Shown here: piece after piece, positions 27,153-35,866 of the stretch | How positions within the stretch are numbered: position 1 is the first letter of the stretch | Layout: each line of letters begins with the position of its first letter | Virus genome (UHGV): UHGV-0209072 | Strand: one strand, 5' to 3' | Source of the DNA: a virus | DNA length: 37,335 nt | Made by a program: the position numbers and the translations under genes | Notes under the pieces: model-generated | What the model saw: only the letters and a program-made list of their open reading frames with translations | Database searches by the model: none | Told to the model about the DNA's origin: nothing

Positions 27153-27482
27153 TTATTTTACCTCCTGTTCCAAGGCCCACTGGCTAAATGCTTGGATAAC
27201 TTGTGCCAACTCTTTGTTTTTCAATTTCATGAATGCTATATTTTCTTTTCGGTGCGGCTCTCCATTAACATGTAAGAACCTAGAATTATATATTGTGTTG
27301 TAAAAATCGGAATCGTCTAGCATGTCATTTTTCAACCAATCCAGCACAATCTGCTGACTTTCGTTGAGCTGCGCCTGTACACTTTCATCTGCCTCAAATG
27401 CTTCACTTTCCAATCTTTCCCAATCGCTACTATGCATCTCAATGAATTCAATATCTGATAACCAAACGGCTTTTTTACTCAT
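27153..27482 (-). CDS. Hypothetical protein
   Basis: 109-aa ORF. ATGA overlap with the upstream YopX gene. Confidence 0.35.
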   Translation of the reverse strand: MSKKAVWLSDIEFIEMHSSDWERLESEAFEADESVQAQLNESQQIVLDWLKNDMLDDSDFYNTIYNSRFLHVNGEPHRKENIAFMKLKNKELAQVIQAFSQWALEQEVK

Positions 27483-27958
27483 TCTGCGACCTCCAATAGT
27501 TCTGGGTTCTCGTAGACATTTCCGATAACTAATAGTTCAAAAAGTGGGTATGTCGTATTTGGATCTCCTGAAAACGCCCCTAAAAAAGTGTCATAGTAAT
27601 CTACACCCTCACTTTTAAACACGAATGAACAGTCTTCCCAAATAACATCAGTAATGTATTCTGAAATACCTTCATTTGTTACTTCTATTATTTTCAAAAT
27701 ATCCCCCTCAAAAATTTCAACGCCGTTCTTGTCTTTTACACCTGTTGATTGCATGAGGATATAAGGGAATTCATCCCATTTCAAAGTTGTATCATAACTT
27801 CCTATCTCTATTTCAGACGTACCAGGACTGCCTTTAATCTGAAAATCCGTAATTATGGCCATCATGCTATTCGAGTCATCAAACAAAGGTGTAACATTTT
27901 CTAGCATTTCTTTCTCGTAGGTATCCCACACTCTAAACTTTGGAGTCATCTTCTTCAC
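27479..27958 (-). CDS. YopX-family protein
   Basis: The C-terminal IGNVYENPELLE signature is characteristic of SPbeta YopX-like proteins. Confidence 0.65.
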   Translation of the reverse strand: MKKMTPKFRVWDTYEKEMLENVTPLFDDSNSMMAIITDFQIKGSPGTSEIEIGSYDTTLKWDEFPYILMQSTGVKDKNGVEIFEGDILKIIEVTNEGISEYITDVIWEDCSFVFKSEGVDYYDTFLGAFSGDPNTTYPLFELLVIGNVYENPELLEVAE

Positions 27959-27971
27959 TCGCTTTCTTAAA

Positions 27972-28412
27972 TTACAACATCAAATCACCAAGAAAAGCTT
28001 TTTTCATTTCCTTATAGATGGTTAGTTCATTTTCTGCCGTCGCTATTTCATCCGTGATATGATCCATCATCCGAACAAAGGCTTTTTGGGTTTCTCGATT
28101 GAATAACTCTATTGGAAAATTACCAATTTCCTTTTCTTGTATATTGATACCTGTTGCATACTTTGCAATAAATTTGTCTACATTTCTTTGTAGAATTAAA
28201 TTAAAATACTTAGGCTCAATTCCATTTTGAGGAATGATCACAACTTCCTTTGTTGGTACTTCCCTAGGATATTCTAGAAAGTCTATTTGGCCTTTCGTAG
28301 CCGATATTTGAATGGTTGATGTTCCAGCAGGATAAATGTATCCCGCTTTTGCCCTTCCAAATTCTGCCACATCTTCTAATTTGACACATTCAAAGTTATC
28401 AAAATCAATCAT
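27972..28412 (-). CDS. hsdS: Half-size type I specificity subunit (single target-recognition domain HsdS)
   Basis: 146 aa: one target-recognition-domain-sized region plus a conserved C-terminal helical repeat (ATAENELTIYKEMKKAFLGDLML). ATGA translational coupling with hsdM. Confidence 0.55.
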   Translation of the reverse strand: MIDFDNFECVKLEDVAEFGRAKAGYIYPAGTSTIQISATKGQIDFLEYPREVPTKEVVIIPQNGIEPKYFNLILQRNVDKFIAKYATGINIQEKEIGNFPIELFNRETQKAFVRMMDHITDEIATAENELTIYKEMKKAFLGDLML

Positions 28413-29725
28413 AATAGGCTCAATTGCTCCCCTTCCGCCGGTTCTGCTCTCTTTATTGGTCGTTTTGGCTTTTTACTGTCCTTATACCCAACGTGTTCCG
28501 AAAAGAATGAAGCAAACTCTTTTATTTGTCTATCAGCTTCTGGCGTAGTTCCGACTAAATCATTCATCATTTTGGCTAGCTCGATATTATTTTTTGCAAT
28601 CTCTTGCTCTGTTTGTTTCATTTCTGCCATTATTTCAGATAATGGCTTTACAGGTTCTGGTTCAAAAGTATCAATATAACGTGGTATGTTTAGATTAAAG
28701 TCATTTTCTTTCAATTCTTCGATAGTAACTACACTGCTAAACTTATCAACTGCTTTTCTTGATTGGAACACTTCTAAAATTTTAGCAACATGTTCGTCTT
28801 CTAAAACATTCCAAGCCTTTTCCTTTTTAAATTCCTTGCTGGCATCAATGAATAAAATATTTTTATTCAATCGGTTCTTTCTTAAAACTAGAAGAACCGT
28901 TGGAATATCAGTATTCATAAATGCTTTTGCAGGTAGTCCAATAACTGCATCTAGCAGATTCTTTTCAATAAGTTTCTTGCGAATCTTTTCTTCTGCAGCA
29001 CCTCGAAACAAAACGCCGTGCGGTAAAATAATAGACATCACACCATTTTCTTTTAGTTGATGGATACCTTGTAATAAAAAGGCGTAGTCTGCTTTTGATT
29101 TTGGTGCTAATACATCAAAATCCGAAAAACGCTCTTGCTCTAAATACTCTTTTAATGGATTCCAAGGGAGCGAGTAAGGTGGATTCATGATGACCGTTTC
29201 CGATTTAGTCGCTGATACTTCATCAACAATTTCAATAGAGCTAAACTCAGTTGATTTTGTTAATTTGTATATTGCTTTAAACTCACGACTTAATGAATCA
29301 CCATGTAGAACTACGGCATTTATATTTCTGATTGCTAAATTAAACAAGAGAAATGGCAATGCACGATCTGAAAACTCCTCACAATAAAACTGTGCATCAG
29401 GATTTTCTGCATATCGTTTAATTGTTAAACCGCCAGTTCCTGCACAGATGTCTGCATTGGAACGAGTCGCCCCAAGAACTCCACTGGCAACCCGAATGAT
29501 TCCGTCTGGTGTAAAATCTTGTTTCTTTCCTTTTCGATCTGAATGTTCCGCTTGAAAATATTCTGTGAACCAATCAAATGATAGGTCTTGTTCTTCTTTA
29601 AAAAAGTTGGTAAATAGTAGTTCTCGTTCGCTTGGACTACTTAATATTTCAATCAATTTATAGGAAGCATGAAAGCTTTCATCAACACCTAGCAGTTCAT
29701 TTATTTTTTCTGTTGTTAATTTCAT
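28409..29725 (-). CDS. hsdM: N6-adenine DNA methyltransferase, type I HsdM-like
   Basis: AdoMet motif DICAGTGG, catalytic NPPYS, LPHGVLFRG and C-terminal NIPRYIDT are typical of HsdM. No hsdR is present. Confidence 0.75.
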   Translation of the reverse strand: MKLTTEKINELLGVDESFHASYKLIEILSSPSERELLFTNFFKEEQDLSFDWFTEYFQAEHSDRKGKKQDFTPDGIIRVASGVLGATRSNADICAGTGGLTIKRYAENPDAQFYCEEFSDRALPFLLFNLAIRNINAVVLHGDSLSREFKAIYKLTKSTEFSSIEIVDEVSATKSETVIMNPPYSLPWNPLKEYLEQERFSDFDVLAPKSKADYAFLLQGIHQLKENGVMSIILPHGVLFRGAAEEKIRKKLIEKNLLDAVIGLPAKAFMNTDIPTVLLVLRKNRLNKNILFIDASKEFKKEKAWNVLEDEHVAKILEVFQSRKAVDKFSSVVTIEELKENDFNLNIPRYIDTFEPEPVKPLSEIMAEMKQTEQEIAKNNIELAKMMNDLVGTTPEADRQIKEFASFFSEHVGYKDSKKPKRPIKRAEPAEGEQLSLL

Positions 29726-29778
29726 AATTCCAAAGGAGCAAAAAGCTTTTTATGCGGCCGCAAATCTCCCACTCCTTT

Positions 29779-30522
29779 CTATTTATTTTTCTCTAAAACT
29801 TTTTTAAATATGTCATCGACTAATTTTTCTGGAATATTTGATCGTTCATTATAGCTTTTGGAAAAATTGCCCCAGGCAATTTCTTGTTTAATAACTTTAT
29901 TTTTCAATCCCAAATGAATATTACTGGCAAATTTCGTGGGCTTCTGTAATGGATAATCATAATTGTTATACCTGGTTAAATTTTTAAATGGTAGTTTAAA
30001 ATTCAAGACATCTTCAATATATTCCCAAATTTTACCATTAGCCGGGTTCTCAATAATGAAATATCTGGGTTGGTACTTTTTTATAATTTTTATAGTATTA
30101 AAAACCGTTAACTCACCATTCACTCTTTTTAAAAATTGTCGTTCATAAACATAATTAGTATCTTCGTAATCTTTTGTGGTTCTTATAGTAAACGGGCTTG
30201 GTAATATCTGTGGTGCAAATAAATTATCTGTTACATCTTCTCTTTTCCAACAAGCATTACCATTTTTCATTGCACTAGCTACTGACCAGCTTTCGCACGG
30301 TGGGCTTGCAATGATTAAATCTGGCTTAGGTAATTTGTCTAAAACTTTGAATAATTTATTATCATTAAACATATAAGAATAGTCCGCTAAATTCAGATGA
30401 ATAAAATGGTCATTCTTGTTTTCAATATCCAAACCTATGCTGTATATTTCTATATCTTCAAACTTTTGTGCAGAACGTTTATAACACCCGTTCCCACTAT
30501 CAAATAATGCCCATACTATCAT
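29779..30522 (-). CDS. Small DNA (cytosine-5) methyltransferase
   Basis: Motif I-like ALFDSGNG, motif IV PPCESWS (PC catalytic Cys) and motif VI ENPANG. At 247 aa it is short for a C5 methyltransferase. Confidence 0.5.
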   Translation of the reverse strand: MIVWALFDSGNGCYKRSAQKFEDIEIYSIGLDIENKNDHFIHLNLADYSYMFNDNKLFKVLDKLPKPDLIIASPPCESWSVASAMKNGNACWKREDVTDNLFAPQILPSPFTIRTTKDYEDTNYVYERQFLKRVNGELTVFNTIKIIKKYQPRYFIIENPANGKIWEYIEDVLNFKLPFKNLTRYNNYDYPLQKPTKFASNIHLGLKNKVIKQEIAWGNFSKSYNERSNIPEKLVDDIFKKVLEKNK

Positions 30523-30577
30523 AATTTCAAAGGAGTAAAGAATTCTTTGTGGTCGACCAAACCTCCACTCCTTTCGC

Positions 30578-30718
30578 TTATTTCTTCTTTATTTCAGCTA
30601 ACTTTTTCGCAACACTTTGCCCACTTTTGTTGCATAGCGGACAAGAAGTTGCTTTTGAATGGCCGAATCTATCTTTTTCCCAGACAATCATCTGTCCCTT
30701 GCATTTTGGACATGTCAT
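30578..30718 (-). CDS. Zn-ribbon micro-protein (about 46 aa), below the ORF-track cutoff
   Basis: Reverse translation gives MTCPKCKGQMIVWEKDRFGHSKATSCPLCNKSG..., with RBS AGGGAAAAG. Coordinates are approximate (+/-2 nt). Confidence 0.35.
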   Translation of the reverse strand: MTCPKCKGQMIVWEKDRFGHSKATSCPLCNKSGQSVAKKLAEIKKK

Positions 30719-30804
30719 CGCTTTTCCCTCGCTTACTGTATGTGCCATTTGTAATAGCTTTTTCTTTTAATCTACGTTTTTTCTTTTTGATTTTAGATTT
30801 AGTT

Positions 30805-31566
30805 TTACCCATTCACTTTGACCGCCTTTGTCAAATCAAATCCTAAAGCATTTGGATATCCTTCCACTTCTTCTGGTTTTACATGGTAAACATCTGTTTC
30901 GATATTAAAGCCTCCAACTTCGGCAGCTTTTTTTAACACATGACCATTCCAGCTTTTTCGATAGCCTGTTTTTTTATTCACTTTAGGACTTACACAACTT
31001 CTAGCGCCTTCTTCAGTGGCTTCGCACGGTAAAACAAATAACGCTTTGTTCTGTTCGTCTAAATACAGTTGGACCCATTCTGGTTTGTTCAATCGTTGAA
31101 CTACTGGACCACTTAAAGCCAGACCGCTTTTTGAGATCGTTAAACATTCCTCTGCTTTTACTCCAAAATTTCCTGAAATAAGTAACGTTGCTGTATTTAA
31201 ATTAAATTTCATGTGTTTTGTCTCCTCTACTTTGTTATTTTCTTTTCGCTTAATTATGTTTTCTATGCCATTTGCCTTTCGCCAGTTTTGAAATGTGGTT
31301 GTTCCAAGTCCGAGAGCTTTCTTAATATCGTTTACTTGATAACCTAAGTCTAATAAGTGCTGATATTCTTCTTTCGTCAGCTTGTCAGGCTCTAATTTTG
31401 GTAATGGTCGCTTATCGTTTATAAGGTTAGAATTCAGTCGTTTTGATAATCTCTGGACCTCTTCCACGATTTCTGGATTATTCATCCATGATTCATCATC
31501 ACCAGTCAAAAAAAGAATTCTCTGGCGAATGGCTCTTTTTGTTTCTCTGAGTTTGTTTTTCGTCAT
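30805..31566 (-). CDS. Hypothetical early protein with a possible HTH
   Basis: 253-aa ORF operonic with rusA (ATGA overlap). Confidence 0.4.
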   Translation of the reverse strand: MTKNKLRETKRAIRQRILFLTGDDESWMNNPEIVEEVQRLSKRLNSNLINDKRPLPKLEPDKLTKEEYQHLLDLGYQVNDIKKALGLGTTTFQNWRKANGIENIIKRKENNKVEETKHMKFNLNTATLLISGNFGVKAEECLTISKSGLALSGPVVQRLNKPEWVQLYLDEQNKALFVLPCEATEEGARSCVSPKVNKKTGYRKSWNGHVLKKAAEVGGFNIETDVYHVKPEEVEGYPNALGFDLTKAVKVNG

Positions 31567-31997
31567 TCCTTTTCCTCCAAACTCATAATTTCAATTTCTG
31601 TTCGTGGTCGCATGCTATACAGCTTTTGGCAAACCATCACAGCAATTTGACCATCGTTTTTGTATAAAATACCTTCAGCAGCATCTGTCACTGCTTTAAA
31701 ATAGTTGTCCAAATCGGGCTTTTTGTCGCAATATTTCCGCTCTAATTCCACTTCTAAGCGTTTCTGTTTATTGCTTAGAGCTGATTTAGGCGGATGGATG
31801 TAAAACGTCACATGAGCGGAAATTGGCCCTTTTTCAATCAACTTTGCTCTTGATTTACGAAGATAATTTTTTACTTGATTTTTGTATTCTTTCATCGCTC
31901 GATCTTCGTAGGTTTGAACATAATTTCCACGCCTTGCGAATCTTGGGCGACTTTGTGGCTTAGGTTCAACCGGTAGAATAATTCGCATCTCTTCCAC
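31563..31997 (-). CDS. rusA: RusA-family Holliday junction resolvase
   Basis: EPKPQSRPRF ... KKPDLDNYFKAVTDA, with conserved Asp residues of the RusA fold. 144 aa. Confidence 0.65.
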   Translation of the reverse strand: MEEMRIILPVEPKPQSRPRFARRGNYVQTYEDRAMKEYKNQVKNYLRKSRAKLIEKGPISAHVTFYIHPPKSALSNKQKRLEVELERKYCDKKPDLDNYFKAVTDAAEGILYKNDGQIAVMVCQKLYSMRPRTEIEIMSLEEKE

Positions 31998-32005
31998 CTC
32001 GAACC

Positions 32006-32305
32006 TTACAAATCGGATTCTTTGACGAATACTCCGTTTACCATTTCCCCTTGGCGATTTTTGATTTCGCTATATGCTTGATTTAAGCATTCGTGTAAGT
32101 CCATGTTATTTTGCATAGCGAGAATAATTAACGTCACAACCACATCCCCAATACCATCTCTTAGGTCGTTTTCGTTGTTTCTTGCCAATGCAGCCCCAAC
32201 TTCTCCGACTTCCTCAATCACTTTTAACATTTGCTTTTCAGGCTCTGCTTTATCTAAACGCTTTTCTTTCGCCCATTCTTCCACTAATTTAACTAATTCA
32301 TTCAT
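32006..32305 (-). CDS. mazG: MazG-like nucleotide pyrophosphohydrolase
   Basis: The EEVGEVGAAL ... DGIGDVVVTLIILA all-alpha NTP-PPase signature in 99 aa. Confidence 0.6.
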   Translation of the reverse strand: MNELVKLVEEWAKEKRLDKAEPEKQMLKVIEEVGEVGAALARNNENDLRDGIGDVVVTLIILAMQNNMDLHECLNQAYSEIKNRQGEMVNGVFVKESDL

Positions 32306-32608
32306 CTAAAATTCCTCCCCGAAATCTAATTCACGTTTTAGCTTGCTGTGAATCGATTCTAGCTCTTTTTTGTATTCTTTGACTGTTTGTATTGTTTTAC
32401 CACTAGAAAGCACATAATCGCGTTCTATTGCGACGAGAGCCTTACTTAAATTGCCATAATAACCAATCAAAGCGAGAGACTCTTTTTCTGTAGCGTCTTT
32501 ATCAGTCAAAATGGTTAACTCTCCGTGTTCGTTTCGCCTCGCTTTATTTACGATTACTTGCTTATCATCGCTAGTAATTCGATAATCAAGTACCTTCATT
32601 TCAATCAT
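32306..32608 (-). CDS. Hypothetical protein
   Basis: 100-aa ORF tightly packed in the operon. Confidence 0.35.
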   Translation of the reverse strand: MIEMKVLDYRITSDDKQVIVNKARRNEHGELTILTDKDATEKESLALIGYYGNLSKALVAIERDYVLSSGKTIQTVKEYKKELESIHSKLKRELDFGEEF

Positions 32609-32611
32609 GAT

Positions 32612-33469
32612 TTACTCTCCTCCCGACAATTCTTGTATTTGTCTTTTTAGAGCTGCTTGCTCTTCTGGTGATAATTTTTCCTCTTCTTGTTTTGGTTCAT
32701 TTACCCAATCTGGTAATTGTTCTTGTCTAACTGGAGGATTCGTATATCTTGCTTGCGTTGTCGTTTCAGACAAGTCGTATTCATCGTTAAAACGTTCATC
32801 ACGTATCCAGCGGAACAATTCTTGTGGATGATACCAGTCGTTTAATTTGATATACTTAAGATAAGCTTTGTATCCTGTTTTAAACCGTTCGAAGTCTTCA
32901 TCTGACTTAATTTTCTTTAAGAATTGCTCTTTGGCTTTTTTCTTATTGGTTTTCTTCGGATATGTTTTCCAAACTTTTTCAAATAATTCAGACATGGTTG
33001 AACTTTGTTCAACACTATATATATTCTTTGTATTATTCTTTGTATTATTAATTAATGTATTATTCTCTGTGAAGTTTTCTTCACTAGGGGTAGTGAAATT
33101 TTCTTCATCCCCCTCCTGATGATTTTTTCCATAGGTGATGAAATTTTCTTCACTAGGGGTGTAAAATTCTGTATCAGTTGGATACGGTAAGATATAGATA
33201 TGTCTCCGATCTACCATTTTGCTGTTTGGCTTATAAAAAATTTGCATTTTTATATAGTTTCTTTCTTCTAACTGTTTCAGCCATGAAATAATTGTTCGCT
33301 TGCTAACGTTATACAGATTTGCAAAATATTGATTCGTTGCCCAACAATAGCCTCTTTCATTTGCTAATGCCGTTAGCTCTCCATACAATAATTTTGCATT
33401 CCCATTTAAGTGGTTATCATAGCGAACAATCGCTGGGATAATGGCGTAATATCCTCTATGTTCATTCAC
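32612..33469 (-). CDS. Replisome organiser / replication initiator (HTH, DnaD-like N-domain) containing internal iterons
   Basis: N-terminus YYAIIPAIVRYDNHLNGNAKLLYGELTALANERGYCWATNQYFANLYNVSKRTI is the phage replisome-organiser N-domain. The central repeated peptide TPSEENF is encoded by direct DNA repeats. Confidence 0.65.
   Translation of the reverse strand: MNEHRGYYAIIPAIVRYDNHLNGNAKLLYGELTALANERGYCWATNQYFANLYNVSKRTIISWLKQLEERNYIKMQIFYKPNSKMVDRRHIYILPYPTDTEFYTPSEENFITYGKNHQEGDEENFTTPSEENFTENNTLINNTKNNTKNIYSVEQSSTMSELFEKVWKTYPKKTNKKKAKEQFLKKIKSDEDFERFKTGYKAYLKYIKLNDWYHPQELFRWIRDERFNDEYDLSETTTQARYTNPPVRQEQLPDWVNEPKQEEEKLSPEEQAALKRQIQELSGGE
33060..33170. repeat. Three direct repeats of about GAAATTTTCTTCA(CTAGGGGT), putative origin iterons inside the rep gene
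   Basis: gtgaagttttcttcactaggggtagt / gtgaaattttcttcatcccc / gatgaaattttcttcactaggggtgt. Confidence 0.5.
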
Positions 33470-33669
33470 TAGTTATCCTCCTCATCAACAACGACCGTAT
33501 AAACATATTTATGCTTAATTTCTCCGTTAACGACTTTTTTTATTGTTTGTGCTTCAATAGCTATTCCTTTACCATTTCTTGAACCGATATAGACAAATGC
33601 TAATAGTTCAAAAAATAGTTCTTGACTCGATGTTAATTGCCTGTATTTTTCAAGTAATTCCTCTACCAA
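33469..33669 (-). CDS. Hypothetical protein
   Basis: 66-aa ORF. Confidence 0.3.
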   Translation of the reverse strand: MVEELLEKYRQLTSSQELFFELLAFVYIGSRNGKGIAIEAQTIKKVVNGEIKHKYVYTVVVDEEDN

Positions 33670-33673
33670 ACTG

Positions 33674-34315
33674 TTAACCTCCGATATTCAACTTCTTACG
33701 TTCTTCAACGTTTAGTTTTACTGGTTTAATTTGATACTTGTTTAAAAAGTTCTTAGTACCTATCTGATGTTCTTCTTGATGATGTTGACGACAACCAGCG
33801 TAAAAAGTAAATGTTTCGTGATTAATCTTTTGACGATTTCGCCCCATACCGACTACCTCGATATGACAAACATCGGCATGTTTCCCACAAATACAACACT
33901 TACGGTATTTAAGGCAGTAATAAAACCATTTGTTATTTTCTAGCAAGTATTGGTATCTCTTTTCTAGTGGCACATCATTTTTCAAAATAAATTCGATTAA
34001 AAAACTAATCCATTCTGTTGCTTCATGTCGTGTAGCCTTACTGTGTTCAAAATACACACCGCTTTTAGCTTCGTAGTAATATTTTAAAACCCCTTCTATC
34101 CATTTAGGCTCGTCATAACTCCAACGAGCGATGTCGGCTATTAAAACATGAGAAAGTGCATTTTGTTTTTGAGACATTTGCCGATTATCTAACAGTTCAA
34201 CTTTTGCCAAATTGTCATCATTGTTAGCTAAGAGATCGAGGAAATTTGAGTTAATTTCTTCCTCGAACTCGATAGCTAATTTATTTCCTTTATGTTTTAT
34301 GATTTTTCCAATCAT
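33674..34315 (-). CDS. Protein with a C-terminal HNH-like Cys/His nuclease motif
   Basis: CCICGKHADVCHIEV...KINHE...CRQHH matches an HNH pattern. Confidence 0.45.
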   Translation of the reverse strand: MIGKIIKHKGNKLAIEFEEEINSNFLDLLANNDDNLAKVELLDNRQMSQKQNALSHVLIADIARWSYDEPKWIEGVLKYYYEAKSGVYFEHSKATRHEATEWISFLIEFILKNDVPLEKRYQYLLENNKWFYYCLKYRKCCICGKHADVCHIEVVGMGRNRQKINHETFTFYAGCRQHHQEEHQIGTKNFLNKYQIKPVKLNVEERKKLNIGG

Positions 34316-34962
34316 TCCATCACATCATTAAAAAATTGTTCATTTTCTAGCTTATGAATATTTCTATTGGTTAATTCCATTAGCTTATGATGTATTTCTG
34401 TGTCTAAATCTTCTATCTTTCCATCAAATTTTATAATCGTCAGAAATTGAGCTTCGACACTTTTTTCTGAAACTTTTTTTAACGCAGCTATTTTTTGGAA
34501 ATTTGCTTTCAACTGTTCCAATTGTTTTTTAGTAATCTTCTTTACATTTTTTTCTTGTTTCTTGTATTCATCTGTATCCGCATCTTTTGTATCATCAATT
34601 AGATATAATCCATTTAGCGCATACTTCCGTGCATACGAAGAAGCAGTTCCAGTGATTTGGCTATCATCCATCCCTTTCTTGGTAAATGATTCTCTAGCGT
34701 ACGCGGTGAAACTTTCTTTTATAATGCCATCGGTTATAGTCGCAGTTGCCTTAATGTAATGCCAATCTCCGATTAGCAAAGGTTCATCTGATAGTGTCAA
34801 AAGTAATCCTTGCTCTGCATTTAGTGGCTTCACAGCATTTAGAATATCTTCTGCTGATCGATACTTATATTTTCCAAACGAGTTGTATTGCCCTTTAGGA
34901 GCTTTTAATGCTGTTTGCACAGCAATTAGTTTTTCTACAAATGTTTTTTTATCTTCTGACAT
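34312..34962 (-). CDS. erf: ERF-family single-strand annealing protein
   Basis: N-terminal LIAVQTALKAPKGQYNSFGKYKYRSAEDILNAVKP matches the ERF superfamily signature. Confidence 0.7.
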   Translation of the reverse strand: MSEDKKTFVEKLIAVQTALKAPKGQYNSFGKYKYRSAEDILNAVKPLNAEQGLLLTLSDEPLLIGDWHYIKATATITDGIIKESFTAYARESFTKKGMDDSQITGTASSYARKYALNGLYLIDDTKDADTDEYKKQEKNVKKITKKQLEQLKANFQKIAALKKVSEKSVEAQFLTIIKFDGKIEDLDTEIHHKLMELTNRNIHKLENEQFFNDVME

Positions 34963-35281
34963 GTTCTCTCTCCTCTTTATAACAAACTGACCAACGACAA
35001 GGGTTTAATCGAATATAGTCTCCTGCATCAAAAAAGGTAACTTTAATGGGAATACAATCTTTATACTCATCAAGAATAAGTTCCATGTAATCTTCTGATT
35101 TCGTAATCTTTTCAATTGTTTTCCCTGAAATAGTATCCCTAAGCGTTACTTCCAATACTTCGTCATAGATTGTCAATACATTGTCTTTCCAATCTCTAAT
35201 TTCTTCATTATCCTCTTCGCTAAGTGTTTCAGGCGATTCTGTTAAATATCTATCTAGTGCATTTGCTTCTCTACGATTCAT
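34949..35281 (-). CDS. Hypothetical protein
   Basis: 110-aa acidic ORF with RBS AAGAGG. Confidence 0.4.
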   Translation of the reverse strand: MNRREANALDRYLTESPETLSEEDNEEIRDWKDNVLTIYDEVLEVTLRDTISGKTIEKITKSEDYMELILDEYKDCIPIKVTFFDAGDYIRLNPCRWSVCYKEEREHVRR

Positions 35282-35477
35282 TCACAAAACCTCTTTTCTG
35301 TGTTACAATTTTTCTAGTATAATTTTTGTGTGCGACTAATTGCTTGGCGGCATAGTCGCTTTTTTCATCATGCAATCCCTCTGCGCTCTTTTTGTTGCGC
35401 AATGTATAGTTGACTTTTTTGTTGCTTGTACCATAAATCAGCAAGTTTTTTCGTTTGTTCTAATTTGTCTTTTCTTG

Positions 35478-35651
35478 TCATTTCTTAACCTCTCTATCTT
35501 CAAGTGCCAGATCATAAAACAGTGTCCAAATGATGAATAAGCCGATATATATATTTTGGATAATCGGATTAAAATTTCCGCCTACTATCAGTCCCAATCC
35601 GAATACGATTAGTAGTACTGCAATTCTTCTTAAGTTATAAATTTTTCTCAT
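35478..35651 (-). CDS. Small two-helix membrane protein (57 aa), below the track cutoff
   Basis: RBS GGAG 7 nt before the ATG. Sequence MRKIYNLRRIAVLLIVFGLGLIVGG...IYIGLFIIWTLFY. Confidence 0.35.
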   Translation of the reverse strand: MRKIYNLRRIAVLLIVFGLGLIVGGNFNPIIQNIYIGLFIIWTLFYDLALEDREVKK

Positions 35652-35662
35652 TTCATTTCTCC

Positions 35663-35866
35663 TTAAATATGCATTCTATTTTGAATCTCTAAGTATCTTA
35701 AAAATTCTAGTTCTTTTTCAATTTGATATGCTTTTCCTTCGGTCAGTTGTTCTGATTGTCTAAGCGCTGCTCTATCATCTTGTAGCTGTTTACGCTCTTT
35801 TTTGATTTGGTTGAGTATCCAGCTTTCTTGTTCAGTTGTATAAGCCATAATATTCTCCTTACGCAA
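35663..35866 (-). CDS. Small coiled-coil protein
   Basis: 67-aa ORF downstream of the Rha gene (8-nt overlap). Confidence 0.35.
   Translation of the reverse strand: MRKENIMAYTTEQESWILNQIKKERKQLQDDRAALRQSEQLTEGKAYQIEKELEFLRYLEIQNRMHI

Noticed and set aside
30547-30846. + strand ORFs 30547..30846 and 30549..30770
   Set aside because: The - strand here encodes two better-supported micro-ORFs (a Zn ribbon and a Lys-rich peptide) with RBSs, in operon with flanking - strand genes. The + strand ORFs lack RBSs and give Phe/Leu-rich translations.
35335-35370. Hairpin GCGACTA-...-TAGTCGC followed by TTTTTT on the + strand, a possible terminator
   Set aside because: No credible + strand gene or transcript upstream; the + ORF 35340..35540 looks spurious. 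It may be a regulatory hairpin or a terminator for an antisense RNA. Evidence is insufficient to call it.
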